Source of the DNA: Gnetum montanum
Taxonomy: Eukaryota > Plantae > Gnetophyta
NCBI GenBank assembly: GCA_015680685.1
Contig: MNCI01001065.1
Location: forward strand, 74,857 to 138,856
Reading direction: 5' to 3'
Length of the DNA stretch: 64,000 bases
Shown here piece by piece: positions 51,001 through 63,700 of the stretch. The notes below the pieces were generated by a model. It ran no database searches, was not told the DNA's origin, and worked only from the letters and a program-made list of their open reading frames with translations. Each line of letters begins with the position of its first letter. Position 1 is the first letter of the stretch. Both the position numbers and the translations under genes were made by a program.

Positions 51001-53487
51001 TTTTTGTCTCATATTTTTGTCTTTCTACAAGTCTTGTTGGATTACTCAATATTTTTTTTGAATAAACAAGATTATGAAAAATTTAGCTTTAGATTTTAAA
51101 AATGTTAAAGAAAAGATAATCACATATGTAGAAGGAGCTTGGACCTCATGAATTACTATGAAGCATCAATACTTGGGAAGCTTATGAAGAATTTCTTCAA
51201 GACAAAATTCTTGGTAAGACATCAAGAGGTATATTCATCTGATAGAAATTGTAGGTAAAAGAGCAAAATGTTTTTGATTCAATCTTTAAAATTTCTATTA
51301 CCTAAGAGTGATCGTTGATTGTGCAAGTATTAGGAATTCATTTGAATATATTTCTATGATAGTTTTGCATCATAAACATATTATGAATAGGTTTTTTTTT
51401 TTAAGTACTTAAGCCTTATATTGTTAATATGAACTAAAGTAAAGTAAGATGAAGTACTTACACTTCTATTCTAAAATTATGAAAGCCTCTAGGAAATTCT
51501 AAAAATGAATGGATAATATATCTTAAATTTTCCTAAGATATATGTGATCAATGTGAACATCTTAGAAATTGCTATATCTCTTGATCTAGTTTTGAAATTT
51601 GATCTATCTCTTATAAGATGGATATGTATGTACTTATCTTTATAATGAGAAGTACTATGTCCATTTCATGTTTATGAATTGAGAAATTTCTTATGAGATT
51701 TTACTTAGATGAAGAATACATAATTAAGTTGTAACATTCTCACCTTAGAAATATTAAGCACCACTCAAAGGCATATTAGAACTAGAAAAAGTTTGTATGC
51801 TCCCTTTTGATTAGGTCTTTGAAGAAAATTTTCTGACATGATTATTCTTACTAATATATTTTCATGATCCAAGTAAATAATATTATGCTTTATTGATTAA
51901 TTTTCTCATTATATGTATTCTGTTCATCAAAAAGTGGTTATGTATATATATTCTTCTTAGCTTGAAATGAATAATGTAATTAAAAAGGTTTAATGAGCTT
52001 TTGAATATTGCATAGCATGGATTGCTATATTAGGATATTTTTCTTATGATCTATATTACTTAAATGCTCTTTTTGATGATGTCCAAAAATGGGAAAGAAT
52101 TTTATGATTTTATGATTGATCATATGACTTTTTGAGATGATCTATTCTCTATGAGTGAGATATAATGTGGAGACCTATAACATGATTCTATTTAAGTTAC
52201 ATGGGCAAATGATACTTATGATCTTATGGATATATTTGATTAGATCTAATATAAAGACAAGTTATTTAATGGCCATATTCAAATTCATAAGTGTCTCTTT
52301 ATTCAAATCCTATGTTCCAATCAGGATGTATTTTTGCATAATCATTCATCTCTCATCATCCTTACCTCAATTTTTTTGTGGAATATGTTAACCCATTTTC
52401 TTAAGTTTTGGACATCCCCAAAAAGGAGGAGATTTTTGATCTTTTGGTATGTAAAAACCTTAAGGAAAATGAAGAACATAGAATGTTTGTTGTGGATTCT
52501 ATGTTTTTAGGACATGAACAAGAACTCCACAATGAGATGAGATCTATAGTGAAATGACAAAGTAAAGACAACATGAGCAAGTTGAGAGCATGACCAAGCA
52601 TGGATCAAAAACAAAGGCTACAAACCAATTGAAGATGCTCCAAGGGCTAGGAAGAAGACAAATTGATGGGAGAAAGCCTCAAAAATCAGAGCCTAAGAAT
52701 TGAGGAGACATCTCCTAGAAATAGTAGATAAGTTTACTCTAGAGAAGATGTCTCCCCAAAGATGTTCCATTTTCTAATAAGACATCTCTCCTGAATAGAG
52801 ACCACTCTCAAGTAGATGTCCCAACTTCGAAGGAGACATCTACATTAGCCATTGGGTAGCCGTTGCACAAATTTCGAGTTTTTGGAAACTCCAAAGCTAT
52901 CAAAAGATACCAAATTCTTGAGAATTGTGCAAGCACTGTTCAAATTAGAGAAATCATTTTCATATCTAAGTTATTATATTCTTGTTCTTCATTATAACAT
53001 CATTTTCTTGGTTGTATGTTGTATTGAGCTTCAATGACAAGGACTTGTAAATTTAGTTACATTCTTTTCTTGTATCTTTTTCTTTTTTCTTGGTACCCTA
53101 TGAGGTTGATGTGCTTCTTGCAAGAAGGCATCCACATTAATCTTGTTAGGACCTTGCAGGATTTAGTGACTTTGTAACGTCAAAACACTCTAAAGTGAAG
53201 CTTAATTTTGTAAAGGTTGTGGGATTTTTGAAACCACATTCTAAGCTTTTTAGGACCTTACAAGGTTAAGTGGTTTCACAATGATGAAACACTCTACTGT
53301 AGAGCTTAGAGCTTATATAGGGTGTGGTGCCCTTCAAATCACATTTGATTGAGAAACAAATTCTAGAGGTGTGCACAGATTCTACCCTCCGAGTGTGGAA
53401 GTACCCAAGTTGGGGAACTATGTAAAATTTTTTGTTTTTGTGTGGCAGGTACAATTTAAATTGGGACATCTAAGTTCTTGATCCTCA
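48090..53487 (+). mobile_element. Copia (Sirevirus-like) gag-only element, copy C2: LTR (gap)-48823, PBS 48826-48838, gag from 48879, PPT 52420-52432, 3' LTR ~52434-53487
   Basis: Colinear with C1. Zinc knuckle CWVCVKRGHVGFEC, PPT AAAAAGGAGGAGA. No recognisable PROT/INT/RT in the ~3.6 kb interior. Confidence 0.9.
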
Positions 53488-54400
53488 AAGAGTAGGTTAC
53501 TATTGGCCTTCTATGATTAATGATTCTTACAAACTAGGTAAAACTTATGTACAATGTCAAATGTTTAAAGATAAAGATGCAAAAATTTCAACTCCTTTAT
53601 GACCTATAATAGAAACTAGACCCTTCACACAATGGGCTCCAAATTCTATAGGAGAGATTAATTCATTATTAATTGCTTGACATAAGTTTATCTTAATGGT
53701 TACTAATTGTTACACACATTGGTTAAAATTGAAACTAACTAAAACTACATCTCATGAAGTTATTTGACTTTTATAGGATAATATAATTTCTAGATATTAA
53801 TATTCTTATGCTTTAATAGTTGATAATGGACCTACATTTATATCCATAGAGTTTACAAATTGGGCTAGGGAACATAATATTATTATCAAAGCTATAACTA
53901 AATATTATCCTCAAGGAAATGGTTTAGCAAAGTAACAAGTATGGGTTGATATAATCCATTATAAAGAGTTGGTTAAAAATACACCATACAAGTTAGTATA
54001 TGGAAAAGAACAAATTTTACTAATAAATTTGCAAATTTTTACATATCAATTTTAATTAGATTATTTGTCAACCAATGAACATTTAATTTCTACACATGAT
54101 ATTTTGGATTTAGAACTTAAAAGGATCAAAGTGGTTGAAATTCTATTTAGCCATCAACAAACTATTAAATGGTAGTTTGATAAGAAATATGCAACTAAAT
54201 TTTTTAAGATGGGTCATCTAGTCCTTAAGAGGGATATAGTATCTAGTCAAATAGGTTCCCAAAATAAGTTTTCTCCTATGTGGACAAGCCCATATCAAGT
54301 CATAGATGTCATTGGCCCTAATGTTTACAAAGTTGTTGATTTGCAAGAAAACAAACTATATAGGAATTTTAATGCATTTGATTTAAAGAATTTCTACTTG
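53488..54400 (+). pseudogene. Element D integrase, 3' part
   Basis: RVGYYWPSMINDSYKL..VQCQ, RPFTQW, VDNGPTF, YYPQGNGLAK, TPYKLVYG, GHLVL..KFSPMWTSPYQV (GPY/F module). Confidence 0.9.
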
Positions 54401-54457
54401 TGTGCCCCTCATGGATACTTAGTAGATCCTTAGTTAGCACGTTAAATATTTCAGGAG

Positions 54458-54522
54458 TGATAAAAATCACATTTACCTTAGCATGTAGCTTTTTAGATGT
54501 TTCGATTATATATATATATAGA

Positions 54523-54558
<36 letters not shown>

Positions 54559-56480
54559 TGTATGTATGTATGTATATTAGAATGTATTTGATTTTATAAG
54601 ATTAGAAAACCTTAAAACTTGCTTGCAAAAGTAAACACCAAAAGTAATAACATTTTCAAATACATTTCCTTCGTAGAAATTTAAAAAAAAAAAAGCAAGG
54701 AATATAATGAATCCATTACAATTTCTGGTAATTATGGGTGGTGGCAAGTTATTATTTTGATGAATATTTTGCCTTCTTGCTTCTTGAGATTACATAATTG
54801 ATGCAATTGTTTCTTTGTTTCCACACCCCTAACTTCATTTGTTTTACCAACCATGATTTTCCTTTGTTTTATTTATTTTATTTTACTTATTTGTCTATTA
54901 GTATTAAATAAAAAAAATGTTTCTACCCTAGCTAGGTGGAGCTTATGGGATTATAGATTGGCAAACATGCAACAATTGCTACCATAATAACATATGAAAT
55001 TATGTCAAGCAATAATTTTATTATGGTTAGTCACAAAAGAGGAAGGCTACATTTAGTGAGAAATGTTACTCTTGATTCTATGATGCTTAGTTTAAACAAA
55101 ATAACTTTATTGTAAATAACACTATGAGCACATTAAGAAAACATTACAATATCCCTTTAGCTTTTTCTCTTTTAGAGGATGCACGAAAAGTTTATTTTAT
55201 TGGCTACCAATGTTTTAGTTCTCTCATGGATAGTTACGTAATAATGAAGCATTTAGTATTCTCTCCTTTTCTTAAGGACAGTGATCTTGCCATTAGTGGT
55301 ATTGGTTCTGCACACAGGTTTCGAAATTGATGAGATGGAGGGAGCTAAAAGGTCCTAAGATACCAATAGTTTGGAGGAGTTAAACTCTAAAAAGAAAAAT
55401 GTATGAGCAAAGAAGTAAGGAGCAAAGGAAGAAGATTGGGATTTTCTAGAGTTGAGAAGCTCTCATCAGCCAAAATGAGCTAATTTGTTTCTACCTTATG
55501 TTAATCTATATGTAAAAGGAGAAGATAGGAGGGACATCTTCATTGATCTCCCTCAAAAGTCAGATTCCATTTTCATGCCCAAAACTTCCCTTGATGTTGT
55601 GCCCCTTTTAGACCGATTTTGGTCTTTAAAAACTCAAGAAGAGGAGATCAAGGTTGATCTTTACCTCAATCAAGAGTTCACAGACAACTTCTAACAAATC
55701 AGAAGGTTCATTGCATAGACTTGTTGAAGGAGGTGTGCCTCTTGCAAGCACAAGCAAGTTGGTGCAAGAAGCTCTTTAGTTGGTGGAAGAAATTAGAAGC
55801 TCTCTACAAAACGAAGTTCTTTTTATATATAATTTTAAAACAATGTGAATTTTATGGTTTACGGAATTTTATTTTATTTTTAGTTTATTTTGTTATCCTA
55901 TGAAATTTTGAGATCTATAGTTTGTAAGTTGTTGGATTATGTGCAACTACCCAAATCTGATTTCAGCCTTGACTGTGAGTATGATCTAAGCTCTATTTAG
56001 TTAATGCTCTATTATTTTCAAAATCTATTTTAAGTTCAATTCATTTTTTTATTAAAAAAATTTATTATCCATTTAAGTTTAAATATTTTTCTCTCATACT
56101 AGTTATTTTAATTTTCTGTTCACTAATATTTTGATGTTCCATGATTTCCGGTTTGCAAAATTTTGCATTGGTTACATCCTCTTTAATATTGTAGCAGCAC
56201 ACTTTATATTTTCTCATAAGAATGAACTCAAGGAATGTTTTCATTTAAGAATTAATCTTTGGTTTAAGATTTTAAACACCATATTACTCCTAAAGAGGTG
56301 ACACTATTTTTGATTTCTGTACTTATATGGAAGATGCTCTAGGCAATAGTCTCTGTACTTATGTGGAAGATGCTCTAGGCAATAGTCTCTGTACTTATAT
56401 GGAAGATGCTCTAGGCAGTAGTCTCTGTGAAGGAATTTTCAGAAGAATATTGTTGTATAACCAAAATTTATACCTCAACA
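54458..56480 (+). repeat. Element D 3' terminal repeat
   Basis: Homologous to 20817-22705. Contains (TA)n/(TATG)n at 54507-54576. Confidence 0.85.
56316..56428. repeat. 36-bp tandem repeat x3 in the U5 of D's 3' repeat
   Basis: TCTGTACTTATATGGAAGATGCTCTAGGCAATAGTC x3. Single copy in the 5' repeat (~22614-22650). Confidence 0.9.
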
Positions 56481-56570
56481 AATATATAAAGCATCATATA
56501 AGTAATTAAGAAAAGGTCAACCATGTGCAAAAGAAAATGTATATCTTATTAAAAAATTGATAATGAGCTA

Positions 56571-56747
56571 TTAAATTAATAGAATTTCAATTGCGGTTTG
56601 TCGTAGATTTATACATAAATATAAATATACGTGCTCTTCCTAGCATCTTAGCCTATCTTGCTTTGACCATACAGGGAAGACATTTTAAATTAATAGAATT
56701 TCTATTGCGGTTGTCGTAGGTTTATACATAAATACAAATATACGTGC
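56571..56747. repeat. ~63-bp direct repeat upstream of the laccase
   Basis: TTAAATTAATAGAATTTC.ATTGCGGTT(T)GTCGTAG.TTTATACATAAATA.AAATATACGTGC at 56571 and 56685. Confidence 0.9.
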
Positions 56748-57799
56748 AGAATAAAAATATCAGCTCGTGCCAAGTAAAATTCCGGACATAATCATAGCAA
56801 GTTATTTTCAAATCCTATCTTATGATTAGACAAAGGCAATGACCACGAATAAAATATGAACCGTTTCTAAGCTTCCCTACTTTTTCGCTGCAAAGCTGCA
56901 CTCAGTAGCAGGTCATTTGTTTGTGAAAGTGAGCAGCAAGCACGGTTTGTGAAACTCCAACGTCGTATCTGGTAGAGCAAGTACAACCGTGCAAGATTCT
57001 TTAATTTTCACAATACAAAACACAAACAAGCAACGTTGAACTGGCAACCGTTTTTGAAGAGTACAGGATCATGACTTTTTGTAAAAGATTGGATTCTGTT
57101 TCGTAGGTCTGCTGAGTACTGACCATGTCCGTGTATGTTTCAGATTAAGAAAACAGGAGGTGGCCAGGCCACCCTTGCATTAAAATTTTGCCTTTTGCCA
57201 CGCATTGCTGGACAGCCACCTTCCATGGCTATCTATGTTCATCACTATAAATGCCCTCCACTTGCTAATGTTCATTTACTTGTACCCTATCCGTCGGAGA
57301 TTTGCCATTCCAGATAAATTTTGAGAACTGTTAGCGTTGGATTTTGGGAGCACTTACAGAAACGCATTTAATTTACAATGGGTAAATATTTCATAATTTC
57401 CAATGAAATTTTGTCTGGATCTATACATATACATTGAAATGGTCACCTTCCCTCGTATTCTTGCCTTGTTCTCGATATCTGCACTGCATTGTGCATTAAA
57501 ATCTTACCTCTCTTTTCCTGTTCTCTCTTTTCCTGTTCTGAAATTTACCAGAAACTTCATTTCATTGTTAAGTGGGCAGCAGGGAATCAAGATTCATGAC
57601 AGCGGCATGACACAGATCACAGAAAACAAGGGAGTACGAATGAATAAACAAAGACACAGACACGGAAATTACGAAAGGGCTACTTTGGTAACCGAAGGCC
57701 GAAGGGCCAAGTTTGGGTCATACAGAAATCAATCTGTGCGAGGAAAACATTGCATTTGATTTGAATGGATTGGCCTTTGGGAGCATCAAAGGTTCCGCC

Positions 57800-60266
57800 A
57801 TGACTCACACAGTCACGCGTGTTTATTGGTCATTGCTGGTTTTTGCTCTTTTCCTCATCTCTGCTGAAAAAAGAAAAAGCAAAACAGGGTCATCGTCATG
57901 GGTCAGGATGACGGATGGATGGTTTGTTCAACTTTTTTATAAAAACTGTTTGCTTATGAGTTATGAGCCAACGATGCCCACCAATGGCCATATGCAATCT
58001 CATGGTCAAGCATCCTAAAGGTTTTCAATCATTGTAGGTGAGGTGCTGTGCCTAGTCTAGTTAAGTTGTGTCTTCTTATAATGTGGTCATCTTCAACATG
58101 GCCCTAGGGCACTACTCACAGGTGGTCGTTGAACAAAAGTATTAACATACGTGCTTGAGGTTTAATTTCATTCTTGGAAAGATTGGATTGAGTAACAAAA
58201 GGGTTTCATTTTATTGCTGTCATTTTGCTTGTTGCAGAAATTATATGTTTGGCTGGATTATGGTTCTTGAGTAAGAAAATGGATTCGATGCCCTCCATAC
58301 CTTTGCAAATTTTCTTGCTTCAGTTTAATGGTGATATTGCAATCTTCTGTGCAATTTTTAAGCATTAACAATATTTTGGATTTACATTGTACTTGTTATA
58401 TATTCTACAATGTTTTTTTATGATACATGAGATTTAATTTTTTGAAAAAACTAATATATTTAAATTTTCTATATCGCATCCCCGGCTACTAACCTGTCCC
58501 CACTTTTTCTTGAGGTATTCATACTCAAACATGTTCAGAATCACGAATCCTCGATTCTTCGCTTCCATGAATCGGATTCATTTGATGCATTGCTAAATAT
58601 TACTCGTTTCATGTGGGTTACAAGAATATCTCACCACTTTTTATACATCATCGTGGTTTTTATTTAATTATGTTTAGAAGATGATTATGTACTATCTTGA
58701 ATGTTTTTTTTCCAAAATTTGACGGTTACGTATGAAGCGAAATGAAAACCATGACCTTCCATAGTTTGATTCTAACTGTCTTGATTGCACATAATGGTAC
58801 AATGCAGATAACGCAAGCCAATATCAGTCGTTTGTGCAATACCAAACCCGCGATCACAGTCAATGGCAAATCTCTACGGCCAAACATTTTTGTGAGGGAC
58901 GGATATCGGGTGGTGGTTAGGGTTCATAACCATGTCAATGCTAATATCGGCATTCACTGGTAATTTATTGCTTGTATAATCACTTTTGTTTCATTTATTA
59001 TGAGAGAATTTTGTATTCGTGGATCTGTGCATGATGAGTAGGCACAGTGTGAGACAATTCAGAAGTGGATGGGCCCATATATAACCTAGTGTCCCATCCA
59101 GAAGGGTATGACATATGTTTACAACTTCACAGTTACCGGCCAAGGAGCAACTCTTTGGTGGCATGCTCACACTTCATGGATCAGAGCCACTGTAAATGGA
59201 GCCTTCATCATTTACCCCAAGTTCGGTGTTCCTTATTCTTTTCCCCAGCCTTACAAAGAAGTGCCTGTCATTATTGGTGTTCCTTATTCTTTTCCCAAGC
59301 CTTACAAAGAAGTGTCTGTCATTATTGGTAAAATATCGACCTCTAAGCAACCTTTTTTGTTTTTTTGTTTTCTATTTCTTTATAATCTAGATTAGCGGCT
59401 TCTTAGACGACTCTTGGCTAATGCCTATGGCAGTGGAATGATAGAATTCGGACACAGAGCAAGTCATAAGCCAAGGCATGCAAACAGGAGGCGGCCCAAA
59501 TGTGGCTGAAAGCTATGTCATTAATGGTCATCTCGGGCCTCTCTACAATTGCTCTAACAGAAAAGGTAAAAGTAGTTTAATTGGTTACTCGCTAAATATG
59601 ATAAAGGGGTATTTTAAGTTTAAGGACCCAATGCAATTTAGCTTATTTAAAACTTCGTCTCCTGGCATTTGCAAGTGAGAAATGGATGGGTTGACAGATA
59701 TGTTTGTACTGAGGCTGGTTCCTGGGAAGACATACATAAAGGCTGAGGATAATTAATGGTGCTTTGAACGATGAAATGTTTTTGAGCATAGCCAACCATA
59801 CTCTCACTGTGGTGGAAGTGGATGCAGTTTACACAAAACCATTCAAAACAGATGGCATACTGATTTCACCGGTTCAGACCACCAATGTGTTGTTCACTGC
59901 CAAGTCTGACGGTTAAATCCTTTCTGGGAAGTAGCAGTTTTTGTTAGCTGCAAGACCTTTAAGTAACTAGACAGGGCATCTTTGACAACTCCACTGTTGC
60001 AGGGATTGTAGTTTACCACAACAACTGAGTGAACAGACATCCCAAGCATCTCCTACAAAACACCAATAATTCGACTTCTGTCATGATGCGTAAACTTCCT
60101 ACCCTCAATGACACTTTTATTTGCCACCAAATTTATCAAGCAAATCAAAAGCCTTGCAAATTCAGAGTTCCCAAAACAGTCCACAAAAAGTTGTTCTTCA
60201 TTGTGAACCTGGGTTTAGACACCTGTCCCAAAGGCCAAAAATGCCAAGGCCCCAATGGAACATCAA
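57800..60266 (+). pseudogene. LAC: Laccase (multicopper oxidase) pseudogene; exon 1 probably split (57800-57867 + 58586-58612), exon 2 58808-58959, exon 3 59042-59327, exon 4 59434-59565, exon 5 59698-60266 truncated
   Basis: Signal peptide MTHTVTRVYWSLLVFALFLISA; SRLCNTKPAITVNG..IGIHW|H (Cu site 1); TLWWHAH (Cu site 2); GGGPNVAESYVINGHLGPLYNCS; [33 protein letters not shown]; FDNST; CQGPNGT. GT-AG introns. Lesions: ~10-bp frameshift deletion and TAG in exon 3, EWW mutated to E**, frameshifts in exon 5. Confidence 0.95.
59225..59326 (+). repeat. 51-bp in-frame tandem duplication at the end of laccase exon 3
   Basis: [17 protein letters not shown] / [17 protein letters not shown], with 2 mismatches. 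Confidence 0.95.
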
Positions 60267-60746
60267 TGTTAACTATGAGTTAATGTGTAAAATTAAATTG
60301 TTAGTTAATGTAAAGAAAACTCTTCCTGTGTTTTTATCAATTTAAGTTATGTCTTTCATAAAGCTTTGTAATATCATCTTGAGATATGATTAGCAGTTTG
60401 TAAAATTATCTAAAATTTGTAATTGAAAAAAAGACTATTGTTTTGTTCTATAAATTAACAACAGCAACAAAGTGTGAAAGGATGGGCTTAAAAATGTCAT
60501 GATAGCAATAAGCTATGAGAGTTATCAAGGACTCTCCAAATAAGGGAAGAGCTTTGCACTGGTTCCCATGGTTTTTTCTCCACTTTGGGGTTTTCCACAT
60601 AAATTTTTGTGTGTGTTTTTCTTGTTGTCTTTGTTGTTTCAATTTGTAGATTTAATTAATTTTGTAACAAGTGGTATCAAAGTAAGTTGATGGAGTGGTT
60701 ACAGACAACAAACAGGCTTGTTGGTTAAAACTGGAACATATGGAGT
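60267..60746 (+). mobile_element. Copia-type 5' LTR (60267-60669) with tRNA-iMet PBS (60672-60682), inserted in laccase exon 5 and itself interrupted by element G
   Basis: TGTTA...TAACA termini followed by AG-TGGTATCAAAG. Contains the copia-like TGGTTTTT..GGGGTTTTCCAC motif. Confidence 0.8.
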
Positions 60747-63700
60747 TGTTGAGGCCAACCTCACCCATGCTAGGCATAGGGCCTTGTTTGAACATGTTTA
60801 ATATCACAAAAAATCAGAAGTCGTACAGTATTGACATGTCAAACCCTCATGGTCTAAATTAAATGTACTTTCATGGGCTTGAATAACCCATAAATTGTAA
60901 AATGCAATGTACCCGGTCAAAGAATGCAACTATCCAACACACATCCAACTCGTGCCAACTATCCATGGGACACATGTCGCTAGATCTGCTTTCCTCTCAT
61001 CTCATAGTAGTTGATTTCATTCTTGAATTTCGTGCCCGAGCCCAGTCCAACCCTATAAATACCCTGTCAATTCACATAAACAGGGGGAGGAGCCAGAGTC
61101 TGCAGGAACCATTTTCTGTTCTGCTAGCAGGCAACACCGACAGCGGAGGCATTTTCGGCAGTCTTCTCTCTTCTACCGGCAGGCGGTAGAACACGGCAGG
61201 AGCGTGAAACACGCAGTGAACATCAACAGCAGTTGCAGGTAAATTGCATATGACAGTGTGCTTGCCCTACAATAGCAATTGTTGAACGACGATTTTCTGT
61301 TTTCTCATACAGAAACATACACGTTTTCTTTTCTTTTCTTTTTCTTTTCTGCCCACGCAGTAGAGACCAACGCCCAACAGCGGCGGTGCCAACATAGACA
61401 TCGTGAGGGATGTCAGTAGAAGTCTTTCTTTCTGCCTATAAACAGAAACCTGGCAGAGACAGGTTGTATGTACATCGTTTTGTTCTTTATTTATTTGCTT
61501 TCAAACAACAAGACAGATTTTTCTCTCTGCCATCTCCAAGCGCAGAAGCAACCGCAGTGGCAAATAACTTTTATAGTTTTCAATATTATTATTTGCATTT
61601 TATTTTAAATTATTTATTATACTCTTTCAAATTGAACAAATTATTTAACTTTTCAATATTCTTATTAAATTTAAAGCTTTTAATATTTTGTTAAAAATAT
61701 TGTTATTATTGTTTTGTCACATAGCCCTTTCCAACTGAGACTATTCTTGGGTTTCCGTACCCATACGAGAGACGCCCTAGGCGATAGTCTCCTAAAACGA
61801 GTTTTCACAAGTGTTGCTGGCGTGTGTAAAATTTATGCATCAACACCTTTTTGGCGCTAGAAGGAGGGCAGTTTCTCAACCTTTTCTTTATTTTCCTTTT
61901 ATGTTTCTTTTTTTAGAAAAAAAATTTATTATCATTTTTTTTTACTGTTTGTTTTATTTTTGCTCCCCTATTTTCAGTTTTATTGCTCTATTTTAGTTTC
62001 ATTTTCAAATCTCCAATTTATATTCTAGCAATCCTTTTTTTAATTTGTTTTTCTAAAATTTAATTTAGGTGATTTAAATCATTTTACTTTTAATTTACTG
62101 TTTGAAATTTTGCAATTTCAATTTTACTTTTAAAAATTTTAAAAAAATAAAAATATAGCATTCAAGTGTTTTTTCCATTTTCTTTAATTTTCACAGTTTA
62201 TTAGCATTTTACATTTCTTGTTATTTTTCATTTTGAGTGACTTTTCTTATGGAATATCTCAACAAAGAACTCATACTCCTACCCCTAGTCAACCAGCTAC
62301 TCGTCAATTTACTTTGAAAAAACAACAAACTTCACTTTTTCCAAATTCAATTTCTAAGAAACCTTGGACTAATATGGCAACCCATCAACCCTCAGCTCCC
62401 TTAGTAAGAAACCCTTTTAATTTTCATAACTACCATGACATACCAAAATTCCTTCAAAACATAAATCTAATCTTCGATCCTAAAACCCCTACGAATGATG
62501 CCCGCTAACACATACAATGTTTTGAAACCTTACTAAGGATCCACAACATTATACATAATTATGTGTCATGCAAGGTGTTTGTAACAACATTTAGGACCAA
62601 AGCAACCCAATGGTTCTTAATGCTTCCTAATGCCTCTATTAACACATGACAAGAATTCAAAAATAAGTTTTTGAATCAATTTGACAAATTTACAAGCCCT
62701 GCTATCGCATCAAGCAACTTTACCAACCTAAGAAAGCTACCTGGGGAAAATGTTAGGGATTATAACCTTAGATTCCTTCATCAACTNNNNNNNNNNNNNN
62801 NNNNNNNNNNNNNNNNNNNNNNNNNNNNNNNNNNNNNNNNNNNNNNNNNNNNNNNNNNNNNNNNNNNNNNNNNNNNNNNNNNNNNNNNNNNNNNNNNNNN
62901 NNNNNNNNNNTTAAGTAATTACTCACAAGGCCCAATGTCCTCTTCATTCTTACTATCCAACACTAGTTTGAATGATGACCAATCAAAAGCCTTGATTCAA
63001 TCCATTATAAACCCAAATGGGACATCAAATTCTGTTGAACCACCAACCCAAACTCAAAATCAGATGACCCAAATACTCACTTTACTATAAAAACTATCCA
63101 ATGAAGTGGCTGAGTTAAAGAGAAACAATAACAAAAGCCCTATACAACCAGAAAAACTAAGTGCATCAATCAATGATGATTATTGTCATCTTCATAATAC
63201 GAGGCAACATTCTAAAAAGACTTGTTCTCAATTCACGGCATTGTACGGTGACAATACCCAAGGGCAACAAAATGAAAAAACCCCTATCATGGTTCTTGAT
63301 GTACCTCATGAGACAGAAAATGAAGAGGTTTCCTCATTAAAACAAGTTATGGTAGGCGACCCTAACGCACACAACACTCGCTATCGCAAAATTAGTGACA
63401 TTATGAATGCTACACAACAACGAATTAGGAACAATTTCTATACACCTCCAAAGAGAAGAGTTCCTAGTCAAAACAATGCAAACAACCAATCTAGGTCATC
63501 CCAAGTAATTGCCCCACAACAACCAAACCCCTCATCTGTACTTAGAAGAGTTCCATCTCAACAAGAAGCCAAAGATGAACATAAGAATTATGATTTGGTT
63601 GAGGACTTAAAAAGAGTTAAAGCCAACATTTTGATGTATGATCTCCTACACTTTAACGAAATGAAAGAAGTGATTCGGGATATGGTTCATATACTCGTAG

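Larger units (their letters stand above)
20817..56480 (+). mobile_element. Element D: Tat-type Ty3/gypsy LTR retrotransposon with ~25.5 kb of nested insertions
   Basis: Direct terminal repeats 20817-22705 and 54458-56480, both ending ATACCTCAACA. Degenerate PBS at 22717, gag-pol 23040-27917, integrase resumes at 53488. Confidence 0.85.

Noticed and set aside
56316-56428. 36-bp repeats resembling a CRISPR array
   Set aside because: Head-to-tail with no spacers, inside a plant LTR, and no cas genes.
57403-57759. 118-aa ORF upstream of the laccase
   Set aside because: No recognisable motif; likely promoter/5' leader sequence.
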